DNA of 64,000 nucleotides from the NCBI GenBank assembly GCA_951406725.2, contig OX597832.1:3162001-3226000 (forward strand). Direction: 5' to 3'. The position numbers were made by a program, and so were the translations under genes. The stretch comes from Octopus vulgaris (taxonomy: Eukaryota). Shown one piece after another: positions 39,078-51,399 of the stretch. The notes beneath the pieces were generated by a model, which worked only from the letters and a program-made list of their open reading frames with translations, was not told the origin of the DNA and ran no database searches. Positions within the stretch are counted from its first letter, which is position 1, and each line of letters starts with the position of its first letter.

Positions 39078-39107
<30 letters not shown>
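35864..39107 (+). mobile_element. 5'-truncated RTE-clade LINE with an open RT frame (35864-37177), an expanded 3' UTR and a (GAT)n tail
   Basis: FVDLEKAFD, GVHQGSVLSPLLF, LLYADD, FHYLG, GSETW, RLRWYGH, GRGRPRKTW. The tail ends GGACGTTAAA(TGA)n. Confidence 0.95.
37485..38925 (+). repeat. Tandem array of 23 GC-rich ~62-bp units in two variants within the RTE 3' UTR
   Basis: Unit CACCATCCGAGCGTGG(C/T)CGT(TC/CT)GC(C/T)AGCCT(C/T)GTCTGGCACCTGTGTCGGTGGCACATA(5-8). No unique spacers. Confidence 0.95.
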
Positions 39108-39109
<2 letters not shown>

Positions 39110-39140
39110 ATATATATAATTCTTTGGACTAACAATGTTT

Positions 39141-39230
39141 GCAGCTGAAGAGAGCTTTAAACCATCTTTTATATCAATAATACACTGATGTAATAATGGA
39201 TGGTTTATAAAGCTTGAAACACGTCTACCA
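39141..39230 (+). ncRNA. Degenerate hammerhead ribozyme motif
   Basis: CTGAAGA-GAGCTTT.AAACCATC...GATGGTTT.ATAAAGCTT-GAAAC ACGTC. Core and long stem II are present, but stem I pairs poorly. Confidence 0.5.
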
Positions 39231-39282
39231 CGATATCCTTTGTGTTCTGTTTTTAATTTTATTTGATATATATATATATATA

Positions 39283-39616
39283 CTGTTGTGTCTGGGGAGA
39301 GTCATTTTCTTTTTGTGCCTTATAATTTAACACACTCACTGGTAAAATTCCTACATATTCCTTATTTTTATTTTCCTAAAATTTTCATTGTCTTGCAACC
39401 TTTTCAATAGTCTTGACTCTGTCCATTATTGAAAAGGTTGCAAGACACAACGAAAATTTTAGGAAAATAAAAATAAGGAATATGTAGAAATTTTACCGGT
39501 GAGTGTGTTAAATTATAAGGCACAAAAAGAAAATGACTCTCCCCAGACACAACAGAATATGCTTCAACACATGAACTCACATAAAGAATCTTGTAAACCA
39601 AATCCCAAAACGAAAT
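39283..39616. mobile_element. Foldback repeat family copy 1
   Basis: Inverted arms starting GTTGTGTCTGGGGAGAGTCATT. Other copies at 46265-46904, 48700-48917 (one arm) and 50563-50830. Confidence 0.85.
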
Positions 39617-41699
39617 ATATATATATATCATCATCATCATCATTATCATTTAGCACCTATATTCCATGCTGGCATGGGTAAGACAGTTTGACTGGAGCTG
39701 ACAAACCAGGAAGCTGCCTCAGGCTCCAGTCTGTTTCTATGGTTGAATGCCCTTCCTAAGGTCAACCACTCCACAGAGTGTACTGGGTGTCTGTTACATG
39801 TCACCATCATGTGTGTCTTTTACATGTCACCAATACAAATGGCTTCTACATGTCCCCGTCACTAGTGTCTTTTACATGTCACCTGGATAGGTGTCTTTCA
39901 TGTGTCACTGATGTATGTATTTATCATTTATGTATACTCTATATTGAGCTGAAAGCCAACATTAACTGAAAGTGAAGATATACAACTGTAAGAGATATAA
40001 CAGTGTACTCCTTTGGAGAATGGAAGTGTGTAAGCACTGAAGTAGTTGCTTGTTTTATAATGGTTTCTAATTTAGGTGCAAGGTCAGCAGTTTTAAGGGG
40101 AGGGGTTAGTTGATTATATTGATTCTCACTGCTTGATAGATATTTCATAGGTGACAAATGGTTGAGAAACACCGGTTTAGAGGAAGAAATCAACTCTGAT
40201 GCTTACTTTTTTTTTTTTATGTCTGGTATTAATTCTATTGACCTCTTTTGCCAAACCTCTAAATTATGGGAGTGTAAAGAAAGCAATATTGGTTGTCAAG
40301 GAGTGGAGAGCACAAACACAAAGATACATACACACGCACCAAGGCATTGGTTAATCTGGGACTATAGTAGAAGACACGCAAAGTACCACACAGTGGGACT
40401 GAACCTGAATATACACAGTTGCAAAGTGAGTTTCTTAACCACACAGCTATACCTGCACCTCTGAATGCTTTATCATAATATAATTGGCTAAATAAAACAA
40501 TAAGAAGTGATTTTACTACAGAAAGGAAGTAACTCAATACACACCATCTCCCATCTTAAGGTGGAACACATGAAAATTATTTTAAACATGAATAATCACA
40601 GAGGTAGACTAACCTCACATTCTTATGGCATTATTCTGGCCAGATTGAGAGCTTATTAGGCTCTACATTATATTGGTTTGTTGATTACATGACCACTTCT
40701 TATAGTCTTGCCAGCTGCTGGGTGGCTCATTTGGAGTTGGCTGCTCAACTGAGTTGCGCTCATTTGGTCATTCACACTGGTTCATAAGAGATAGATGCTG
40801 TTCTCTGTTTGATTTGAGTGCCAGTCTCTTTTGATGGTTGAATGTATGTACATTCAACCATCTTCTGTATTGCATTCCAGTTGTCATCTTAGCTACATAC
40901 TATCTCAGTTTATTACTTTTGTCTTTGATGGCTGCTAGTATCCATATTTTGTCATTTACAAGTGATTTCCTATTGTGGGTGGTGGTTGTAATATTTCATT
41001 ATCTTCATCCTTTGCTTGCTTCAGTCATAAGACTGTGGCCATGCTGGGACATCACCTTGAAGAATTTGATTTAATTGAATGAATTGACCCCAGAATTTAT
41101 TTTTTTAAAGCCTGGTACTCATGCTATCAGTCATTTTGCCAAACTGCTAATTTATGGGGCTCTAAACACACCAACACTGGTTATCAAGTAGTGGTGGGAA
41201 ATAAGCACAGACACAAAGATACACACACTCACACATACACATATATGATGGGCTTCTTTCATATTCCAGCTACCAAATTCACTCACAAGACTTAGATCGG
41301 CCCAAGATTATAGAAGACTCTTGCCCAAGGTGCCATGCAGTGGGACTGAACCCATAACCATGTGGTTGAGAAGCAAGTTTCTTACTACACAGCCATTCCT
41401 AGCCAAGTAGGAAATTACCATACTCTTCCTATCAGCTCTTCTGATGAGTACTGAGACTGATTTTTTTCTTAAATTCTTATGTATGAAACAGATTGGTAAA
41501 ATTGGCTGAAATGGATCTATTAAACTGTATAGAACAGATATTAAATTATTCTTTTGCCAAATATACAAGTTTTTGTGTTTTTTTCTGACTCATGGCTGCT
41601 TAAAATCTGAGTAGTCATGTAGCCTGAGTAAAGTTTAAATCTTAAAATGCTAACTATCAATAAAGTAAGAAAAAGGCAAAGAATTACAAAAGCAAAAGG

Positions 41700-44600
41700 C
41701 ATGCAACTTTAAATTGAGACAAATAAAATGAATGGTCCATATTTAGAGTTCATGTTAAATGCAAGCAGAGAGTGACAAAAGGTTCATGTAACATCTTTCT
41801 TAAAAATGAAAGTGTAAGAACAGTGTAGTGTTAGCTCTGCTTGTGTGTTGTGTATGGCAGCGGAAACAATGAGATGTGGAAAATGGCAAACATTTATGCA
41901 TAAACATGAAGCAAAAACCATTGCAAGAGGACAGTGAGTGGCCTGAATGCATAAATTGAGTATAATCTACAAAAAAGAATAGAACACCATGTAAAATGCA
42001 TATCTGTGCATAAAATTGTCATTTGGTTGCATTTTGTTGTTTCTGTTGCTGGCTGCAATCTGTACTTTGAAGTTTGATTGTCTGGCTTCCATGTTAACTA
42101 TCATTTCTAGTGGTCTGGTCTCCATGTCATAGCAGTTAGGTTCACCAGTTTGTAGAAGAAATTTAGCTGCCATTTCTAGTGGTTTTATCACTATTTTGTG
42201 GCAGTCAGTAAGAGACAAATTGTTGTGTCGATGTCAATGTTGGAGTTCAACAATTTGTTGTTGAAGTAACCTGTTGTTGTCAATGTTAGTGGTACCAAAT
42301 AATGGTTGGTAATGAATGTGGAAGTATAGTTGAGTGGCATGCTTTGTATGAGCCATGACAAAATGTAAACTTCAATATTTTGCATGTTATTACTTTGAAA
42401 TGGTTGAGTGGCTCACTTTCATTGTTGGCTTCAGCAGTTTGTAGCGGTTGTATCAGTGTTACCAGTTTGTAGAAGTTGAATGTCAGGCGTTGAGTGATGT
42501 AGCTTGTTTTGGCTGCTATTTCCTTTTATTAGATGTAACAGTGTGAATGGTATATTGTGTTCACCACTTTAGCTTGCATTAAATGTCATTGTTGCCAAAT
42601 GTGGCTTGGATAGGTGAGCAATGTAGATTTAGTTAGGCTGCATATCATTCCCATGTAAAACCAAGTCACCATATTAACTTTTCAATGAATCCATTTATTT
42701 ACATAAAGGCATTATAGAGATTAATTGCCAAGCATGTTAAGCTGTGTCTGTTTACTGAGATTTGGCTACAGGTCATAATGTATGCTGGCAAGAAGTGAGA
42801 TCATTATTTCTTTGTGTTGGCATGAGGCAAGGGTGTTCTCTGTTTGAGGTAGACAAAATGATTCTGCTCAAACCAAGGATTCTTTGTAGTTACCTGTCTT
42901 CTCTGGAACTTCTACTCTCTCTGGAACCATACATTTATGACCATATTTTGGCAGGGGACAGCACAGAAATTTTCATTCATATCATGCAGTCTCATGAATA
43001 CACCTGAAATGCAATTGGTCAGAATTCAGGGCTCAGTCACCTGATGTGTTGTGGCCTATTTCTCTTTACTGAGATATCAGAATTTCAAATTCCAAGCATT
43101 GCTACAAGAGAATCACCAAGCTCATTTAGGTATGCTTTTGAATCAGCTATAAATAAATTTTTCTCATGTTTATATATGACTCTGAGATCATATCTTTGTA
43201 AGTGTAACATTTTCAGTACTCATGATGTGAATAGACAAAAATTCTTCTGGAAAATTGATAATAATGCTTTAAGGCTAGTTTAAACCAATGCTGTCTTTCC
43301 ATATGTCATATACATAGATTATGGCAAGCAGTTCCTTCTCTATTTGCAAGTAACTCCTTTTTGGGGGTTTCATTTAATGCATGTGATATATAAAACAATG
43401 AGATGACAATATTATGATATATTCATATTCTTTGACATCTTTTTAGCTGTCTACTAAGAGTAAACAGTAATCACTCATCATATCGCGGTTCACCTATTGT
43501 GCCCTCAGTACATCATGGATTTTTTTTGGCGAATATATGTAAATTTGTATTGCGGACTCCTCAGTATATTGCAGGTTTCTGTGGCTGATAGGTATTTATA
43601 TTTTTTTAGATTTTAATTATTTCTGTGGTAAAATAAGCATTTTCATGCCTAAAAATTAATAAATAAAAATACAGTACAGTACTGCACTGTATAATACATT
43701 AATTAACATATATTAAAAGAAAATATGTTAGTATACCGTAGATGAGTAAACAAAGAATCACACATACTGTATGGAAAACGAAACTTGGGAGATGAGTGTG
43801 TGGTGTTGTTTTGCATTTATAATAAAATAAATATATATGAATTATAAAAATAATAATAAAAATATCCAGTAGAGTACTGTTTCTACTTCGCAGATTTTCA
43901 CCTGTCGTGAAGGGTTTTGGAATGTAATACCCATGATAGTCAAGAGATTACTGTAATTTGTTTTTTGACATCATCATACTTAAGTATCTGCTATCAGTTT
44001 TTAGTTATCAAAACTTTTCCTGTGTGTATAATTCCATGTGAATTCGATGTCATCTTTGGTAAGCTCACATAAAGGTACAGAAATGTTAGATGAATTAGAA
44101 AAAAATTTTGCAACCATTCATGACTATTCCTAAAAATCTAAATACATCTTGTTTGTTTGTGGAATCTCAATAACGGTATGCACATGCTCTGGATTTGATT
44201 TAACACAAAGGTGAGTATGTGGCCAACATTCTTTGCCAATTTCTGTTTTCCCTGAGTTCAATGATATTTACCAAAGCTTGTTGCAAAAAGTCTCCTGAGC
44301 TGCATTGACCAAATAGTTAACACAAGAAAGAAGCAACTGAACACAATTTTGAGCTATCTTTGTCAGCTCTTCGTACTAGTAATTATGTTGTGTATCTAGT
44401 TTGGTGAACTCAGTAGCTTTGCCTATTTGTGTGGCAACTTTCTCAACTATGACAGTTAGATGATGTTCATGTATAATAACTGTTGAGATTGGTTGGATCA
44501 ATGCAAATCCATTTTTGTGCTGTTGCTATTGAGTTGTCGCTTGCTGTTATTGCCCAACAACATGGGACCACTGTTGGACAATAATGCCAAGCTGCTCCAT

Positions 44601-45950
44601 GCAACCAAGTTGCTTTTACTTTATCTTAAATAGCATATGGAATTTTACATAGAGGGTGTATGATTGGTGTGACATTTGGCTTTTAAATCAATTGAGTATT
44701 GACCAAGTAATTACAGAGTCAACTTCAAGTCTTTAATAAACCTAATTTGATACAGACAACTTTTCCTAGTAAAGGTGATACTTTCATATTGACAACTTGA
44801 AACATAAATTTCATAACATTATTGACTCAACTTTAAGTTCAATCTGACCTTCTGGCTGGATGGCATGCTGACTGAAGTTCTTCAGCTGAACTTTAGCTAA
44901 CTGTAGTGTAAAATGAGCAAAGTGTGGAATATTTGCTTGTGTTGCAGTATCAAGCTTGAAGTCAATGCTTTGTCTATCTTCTATGATAGCTCATATCCAG
45001 CCAGATGTTACTGCATTCATTTCCAGTGTGATACTGTCTAGAAATAACTATTGATATGATGAGTCACTTTCCTGTGTGTTTATTTCTGACACCCATTGGG
45101 ATTATTTAAAGCCTCACAGATTGGCAAAATGATTTTGCAGATGTTTTCCCATAGGCAGGACATTGTTTAGATTGATGACTCCTACCACATGAATTGATAG
45201 TCATTTCTTAACTTTTATTTTAATCTTTGAACAGCATGCTTTTAGATTTTCTTGATTTCTATTTTCCTCATCTGTTGATATATTTTGTGTTACAATAATA
45301 TAAAAGAATCTTCAGTGATACTGTTTGCATGTATGGTAATTCAATAACTGTCACATTTATCTATAGCTATTTTTAAATGGTTAATTCTGCATATGAAAAC
45401 AGTCAATCTTAAGTATTTTTATTTTGTATTCCACATACGATCATTCCTGTGATAAAATCTTCCAGTAAGTTTCCAAAACGACTGTCTTTAGCTTTCAGTT
45501 TAAAGTTAGTTAGAAGTGGATCAAATTTCTCAAACTATACTTGATTTCTATTAAATAGCAGACGTATGTGATGAAGTTATTTTTTAGTACTCTTGGAACT
45601 TCAGTTTAACAGTGATAATTTTGTCTTTAGTCTAGCTTTTCAAATTCAAAAAAGTTGTGCATGGAGTTTGGCAATAAGGAGATAGTTTCCTGTGACCCCT
45701 GCAGCAAGTGAATAAAGTTGTAGTATTGTTCCCAGACCTTGTAGTTTTCATCTAAATTTCCTTCAGATTTTTTTATGGTTTCAAGCTCATCATGTTTAGT
45801 TGATTGTATCCCCCAAAATGTGTGCAGGATATTTCACTTTCAAACAACTTGCAAAACAAATAAAATTAAAGGAGAGAATAAATACTCGGGTTTGTGTGCA
45901 TGCTTTCTTTTGTGGTTAACTTATTCTGATAGTATTTTATGTCATGTTAT
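41700..45950 (-). mobile_element. Heavily degraded Ty3/Gypsy element
   Basis: Manual minus-strand translation gives gag GNLDENYKVWEQ and FNRNQ..FGNLLEDFITGMIVCGI..ELT..AIDKC (~45750-45350), protease FKLDTATQANI (~44950) and RNase H end DLRVIYKHEKNLFIAD (~43170). A PPT-like AAGAAAGA-TGTTAC lies near 41790. Boundaries are approximate. Confidence 0.75.
43465..43953. mobile_element. pogo/Tigger-type MITE inserted in the Gypsy relic
   Basis: Termini CAGTAATCACTC... / ...GAGATTACTG followed by TA. AT-rich interior with no ORF. Confidence 0.65.
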
Positions 45951-46264
45951 AACAACATGAATAACTGGATAAAATAAGAAGAGACATTACATGTGGCTCA
46001 TTAATCATGTGACTATTGTTAGAATGTATGTAATCTGTTTGTAAGATGATGTACCAAAATAAATAAGCAATTATTTTGGCAGTTTTGAATGCATATATAT
46101 GTAGAAGATTTGTGAAATTAGATCGAGCATTTATTGTGGAAAATAACATAAAATATAGAATAACAAGGGAATCACTGACTATGACTTTTTACTGAAAAGA
46201 ATAAAACCTGTATAATATTTGTTGAGTGATAAATATAATTTTCTTATTTTCCTGTTATTTTGAT

Positions 46265-46904
46265 TTCGTTTTTGGATTTTGTTTGCAAGATTCTTTATGT
46301 GAATTTGTGAGTTGAAGCAGATTCTGTTGGTTGGGAAGAGTCATTCTCTTTTAGTACCTTATAATTTAACACACTCACCGGTAAAATTTCCACTCATTTA
46401 CTTATTTATTCTTCTAAAATTTTTGTTGCATTTTGCAACCTTTTCAATAGTTGTTGACTCTGTCCGTTATTTACACTGCGTTCATTTTGTTTGTTTGTGC
46501 GCATACATATATATGTATGTATGTAAGTGTGTCTATGCATGTATGTGTGTGTGTTCATATTTACATGTGTGTACGTTTGTATGTATGTATGTATTCGTGT
46601 GTTTTTGTGTGTGTACCTGTCTCCTTGTGTGCATGCACACACACATACATGCATGCATACACACACATACATACAAACATGCATACATACATACATGTGT
46701 ATGTGCAGACACACTGACCCACACACATGCACACAAACAAAATGAATGCAGTGTAAATAACGGACAGAGTCAACAACTATTGAAAAGGTTGCTAGACTCA
46801 ACAAAAATTTTAGAAGAATAAATAAGTAAATGAGTGGAAATTTTACCGGTGCGTGTGTTAAATTATAAGGTACTAAAAGAGAATGACTCTTCCCAGACAC
46901 AACT
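46265..46904. mobile_element. Foldback repeat family copy with a central inverted microsatellite
   Basis: ~175-bp inverted arms around (TG)-rich/(CA)-rich halves. Confidence 0.85.
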
Positions 46905-47184
46905 GTTATTTTGATATTTTTATTTACATCCTCATACTCTCATTGGTAACTTTGATCATCTAAATTTTTCAGTAATACCTCCAAATAGAAAATCGATTAT
47001 TTATACATACATCATCATTATTGATGGTATGGCTACCCTAGTATTTTATAAAAATACGATTATTTAAATAAAAACAAAACTTGAAAGTAAAATTTTTGTT
47101 GCATTGATACCAACAACTGGTATTATTTAATTTGAGTATGCTGAATTCAAATATGAAGTTAGTTTTTCTCTGTAAGCTTTACTT

Positions 47185-47565
47185 TTTTTTTTACTTGTTT
47201 CAGTTATTTGACTGTGGCCATGCTGGAGCACCGCCTTTAGTTGAGCAAATCGACCCCAGGACTTATTCTTTGTTAGCCTAGTACTTATTCTAATGGTATC
47301 TTTTTGCCAAACTGCTAAGTTACAGGGATGTACACTCACCAACATCGGTTGTCAAGCGATGTTGGGTGTGGGGACAAACACACACACATATATATATATA
47401 CAACAGGCTTCTTTCAGTTTCCATCTACCAAATCCACTCACAAGGCTTTGGTCGGCCCGAGGCTATAGTAGAAGACACTTGCCCAAGGTGTCACACAGTG
47501 GAACTGAACCTGGAACCATGTGGTTGGTAAGCAAGCTACTTACCACACAGCCACTCCTGTGCCTA
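47185..47565 (-). mobile_element. Composite SINE: tRNA head + (TG)n + body + tail
   Basis: The same bipartite layout recurs at 40210-40460, 41015-41400 and 59160-59560. Body only at 11020-11205. Confidence 0.8.
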
Positions 47566-47899
47566 GATTACTTGCATTTAAGGGTTTTTTTAATATATTT
47601 TCCAAGTTTTGAAAATTTCCTGAGATATGATATAATCCATCTGATAATTTTCTAGTTATACTATCTTCAAACTAAGTGGAAAAGAACAAATATCTATGCA
47701 TTGAGATTTTAACTTTATTCATATGTATGAGTTTCTACACCACAATAAGAATTAAGTTATAAAAATAATGTTTCTTATTCTGATCCTGAGTAAAATAAAT
47801 GTTATATGCCAGTTTTTTTGCCATCTGCTTTTCAGTTGAAAATATATATTATGTACAAATGATAGGTGTACATAGTTGAGAAAGTGATTAGGATAGAAG

Positions 47900-48690
47900 A
47901 TAAAACACAAATAGATCTTATTCAGGCAAGAATTTATGCTTGGAGCTCTTCATTTGTAGACTTTCTCAGGGAAATGTTGTTTAATGCTGTAGCAGTAGTC
48001 TGCTATCACGTTTTTTTCCCATCACTCTTGATAACATTCTTCCATGGTCCTGTGGTCTTGGTGGAAGCATTCACCTTGTTCATCACTTACATCTCCAATG
48101 TTTTCGGGGAATCGATTGCAGTGACTATGCATATTATTTACAAGAATTTCATAGTCATCTGCTTTTCTGTTCCAACGAAAATTCACGACTGCTACGAATG
48201 ACAGCCATGCTGCTTTTTCCTTGTCATTCATGTTTCCTACAAATTCCTTACCATGTAGAAGTGCATGAATCTGAGGTCCATCAAACACACCTGCTTTGAT
48301 CTTCTCAAATCATAAACCAGGAAATGCATAGACAATATGTTGAAAACATTCACCATCAGTATTCAATGCCTGAGTGAATTGCTTCATTGAGCTCAACTTT
48401 ATATAGAGTGGTTGGAAAATAATCTTTCCTCAGCTGACAAATCATTCCCAATATTAGGCATGCCTACCTCCAGTGTCTCACAAATGGGCCACTTCTAAAT
48501 CCAGTGTTACTCTTGAGCTCAGCTGTCCCACATGCAAACATAGCAAGGATACTTTGTGAAACCTTTCTGTTGGCTGAGGAGGAAACTGACCATTTTCAAA
48601 TCTACACAAATGGTCCAGTTGTGCTCATGGCATTTTAGTTGGCCAATAACCATTTTTATGTCATTGTATTCTTCTTGTAAATGCACTGAG
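47900..48690 (-). mobile_element. Chapaev3-like (CMC) DNA transposase relic
   Basis: HSVHLQEEY..WTICVDLKMV..GFTKYPCYVCMWDS, FDGPQI, FPENIGDVSDEQGECFHQD. Family assignment is from recalled motifs. Subterminal-like sequence at ~47100-47170 and ~48950-49040. Confidence 0.7.
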
Positions 48691-49735
48691 TGACCAGCAT
48701 ACATACATGCATGCATGCATAGGCACACACACTTACCCCCACACATGCGCACAAACAAAAGGAACGCAGTATAAATAACAGATAGAGTGAAGACTACTGA
48801 AAAGGTTGCAAGACGCAATGAAAATTTTAGGAAAATAAGAAATAAGTGGAAATTTTACCTGTGTGTTAAATTATAAGACACAAAAAGAAAATGATTCTCC
48901 CCAGACACAACAGAATATAAAAAGGTAATCTTCGAATTGCAAGAAAACTAGAGCATCGAGAGCAAAACCGATTACAGTTTTGAAATTAGCACAAAAAGGA
49001 CTGTTAGAAGCAGTTAAAACATCTCATGCAGCTGAAAATTAAAAAAAAATTGTCCTCTGTAATTAACAAGTATGAAGGGAAGTAACTCAATAAATATATT
49101 TAAAAAAAAAGGGGTATAGGACCTAATTTGAACTCGGAATATGAATGCTCAAACAGTTTTGTTAATTCCCTACCCTACCTTGCTTGTTTAATAAAGCTAA
49201 AAAATAATAACAATCTTGAGTTGTTGGAATTTGTAATTAATGACTCAATCTAATTACACTCTTGAAATAAGGGAGACAACTTGGAATTCTTGAAAACTAA
49301 TTTAATGCTGTACATCGTAGTTATTCCCTCATATGAGGCCTTGTACTTCTTAAAATGTATTTTTATAGGTAAAGGCATCCCATACCATTGGAAATTACTG
49401 TCAGAATATCTGTAAACAATAGAAACACATCAACAAGTATCACCTAAATAATATGGTAAGTAGACGATTCATTGGCCATTAAAGTCACGGAAATTATTTG
49501 CAATTTCCGTTACGTGACGTAACGCCATTTAATGTAATTCTAGCGTAAGTTGTATGTAGTTTTTATGAGTTAAAATAGGAAACTAACAAACGAAACGCAT
49601 TTTAGAATTTTGAAAATAGAAGTGTATGTAACATCAACAACTGGTGACCAAAAATTGTGAAAAGTAAATTTTTTAAACGATCCAAATAACTGAACTTCGG
49701 TGGATACACATGTGAGAAGTTGGTTCAGAAACTCT

Positions 49736-49919
49736 TTGTATTTCGTCTGCCGCTACGTTCTGAGTTCGAATTCCGCCGAGGTCGACTTTGCCTTTCATCC
49801 TTTCGGGGTCGATTAAATAAGTACCAGTTACGCACTGGGTCGATATAATCGACTTAATCCGTTTGTCTGTCCTTGTTTGTTCTTTCTGTGTTTAGCCCCT
49901 TGTGGGTAGTAAAGAAATA
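49736..49919 (+). mobile_element. 5'-truncated tRNA-derived SINE with a 14-bp TSD
   Basis: B box GAGTTCGAATTCC. TSD GGTTCAGAAACTCT at 49722-49735 and 49920-49933. Confidence 0.88.
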
Positions 49920-50117
49920 GGTTCAGAAACTCTGGAACCAGGGAATGAAAGTCTACGCTCAAACGCAAAATGAATGAGAAAATAAAATGGTTAAATTTAA
50001 ATAAAGTCATGCTTTTAATTTCGTCGCGTATATTTCTGCAAAGATTTATTTTGATTTCATTTATGTTTCATGAAGAGAACGTAAAGTTAGACGATTTCGT
50101 CAAACGTAGTAAAATAA

Positions 50118-50214
50118 CTTGGCGGAGGTAAAGAATACGCACACCACCCTTTTTCGGCGTAACAAAAATCCTAACCCAAAACACCGGGTGTACGTATTCT
50201 TTACTTCCACCAAC
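50118..50214. repeat. Short hairpin/MITE with ~28-bp inverted arms
   Basis: TTGGCGGAGGTAAAGAATACGCACACC vs GGTGTACGTATTCTTTACTTCCACCAA. The loop contains CCTAACCC. Confidence 0.75.
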
Positions 50215-50562
50215 TGAACAATTACCATATATAATATTTCGTGTGATTAACTCGTCACATAAAAATATTTAAAATATATATATATAAATTTAACAGACAA
50301 ATATTCCGCCGAATACCCAATGGCCAGGGCGCCACTCACCGTGGTTATATTTTCGATGAAAAAATTTACTTTCAGGTGGTGCTAGTAAGTTAGACATGGT
50401 CTGGGCCAATACTGGCCGAAACCTATCAAAGTTACGTTCACTACTACTGGTTGTCCACTAACATCAAAGCAGCCAATTTCCATTATATTTTGTCGGAGCC
50501 AAACGTAACATATTTTGGTGCATTTAGTTATGTCCCCTTTTTTTACGCACGTAAACTGAATA

Positions 50563-50830
50563 ATTCGTTTTTGGATTTGGTTTGCAAGATTCTTTATGAG
50601 TTCGTGTGTTGAAGCATATTCTATTGTGTCTGGGGAGAGTCATTTTCTTTTTGTGCCTTATAATGTAACACACTCGTCGATAAAATTTCCACTTATTTCT
50701 TATTTTTATTTTCCTAAAATTTTCGTTGCGTCTTGCAACCTTTTCAATAGTCAAGACTATTGGAAATTTTACCGGCGAGTGTGTTACATTATGAGGCACA
50801 AAAAGAAAACGACTCTCCCCAGACACAACT
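50563..50830. mobile_element. Foldback repeat family copy
   Basis: Inverted arms TTGTGTCTGGGGAGAGTC.. / ..GACTCTCCCCAGACACAA. Confidence 0.85.
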
Positions 50831-51009
50831 GAACAATTACCTTATATTAAAAAACAAATTGTAATTAAAAAAAAAACTTATTTTTGAGTTATTTTACTTC
50901 CCTAGTAAATCGCCAGGAAGTAAAGTTGGCATTCTTTCGATATAACTCGACACAATCAAAACATTTCACTTCGGAATTTATTATTGGCACTGTGTAAGTC
51001 ACTGTAGTG

Positions 51010-51335
51010 AAGACACATCGCTCAGTGGTTAGAGCATTGGGCTTACAATTGTGAAGTTGTAATGTTCAATTCTTGAACCAGGCTGTGTGTTGCGTTCTTG
51101 AGCAAGGCACTTTATTTTACATTGCTGTAGTTCACTTAGCTATAGAAATGAGTTCCGATGTCAGTGGTGTCAAACTTATTGGCGTTTGCCTTTCCTTGGA
51201 CAACGTTGGTGGCATGGAGAGGGGAAACTAGTATGCATGAGTGACTATTGGTCTTCCACAAACAGCCTTTCTTGAACTTGTGCTTTGGAGGTGAACTTTC
51301 TAGGTATTATCCCATGGCCATTCATGACTAAAAGT
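51010..51335 (+). mobile_element. Degraded tRNA-derived SINE
   Basis: A box GCTCAGTGG and B box GTTCAATTC, followed by TTGAGCAAGGCACTT. Confidence 0.65.
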
Positions 51336-51399
51336 GTCTAAAAAGTTTATGTAGCAATGGTAGCAGAAGATTGGGATTGTTGAACAGATACCAACTGTG

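Noticed and set aside
41441-41495. CTGATGAG hammerhead seed
   Set aside because: No supporting stems I, II or III.
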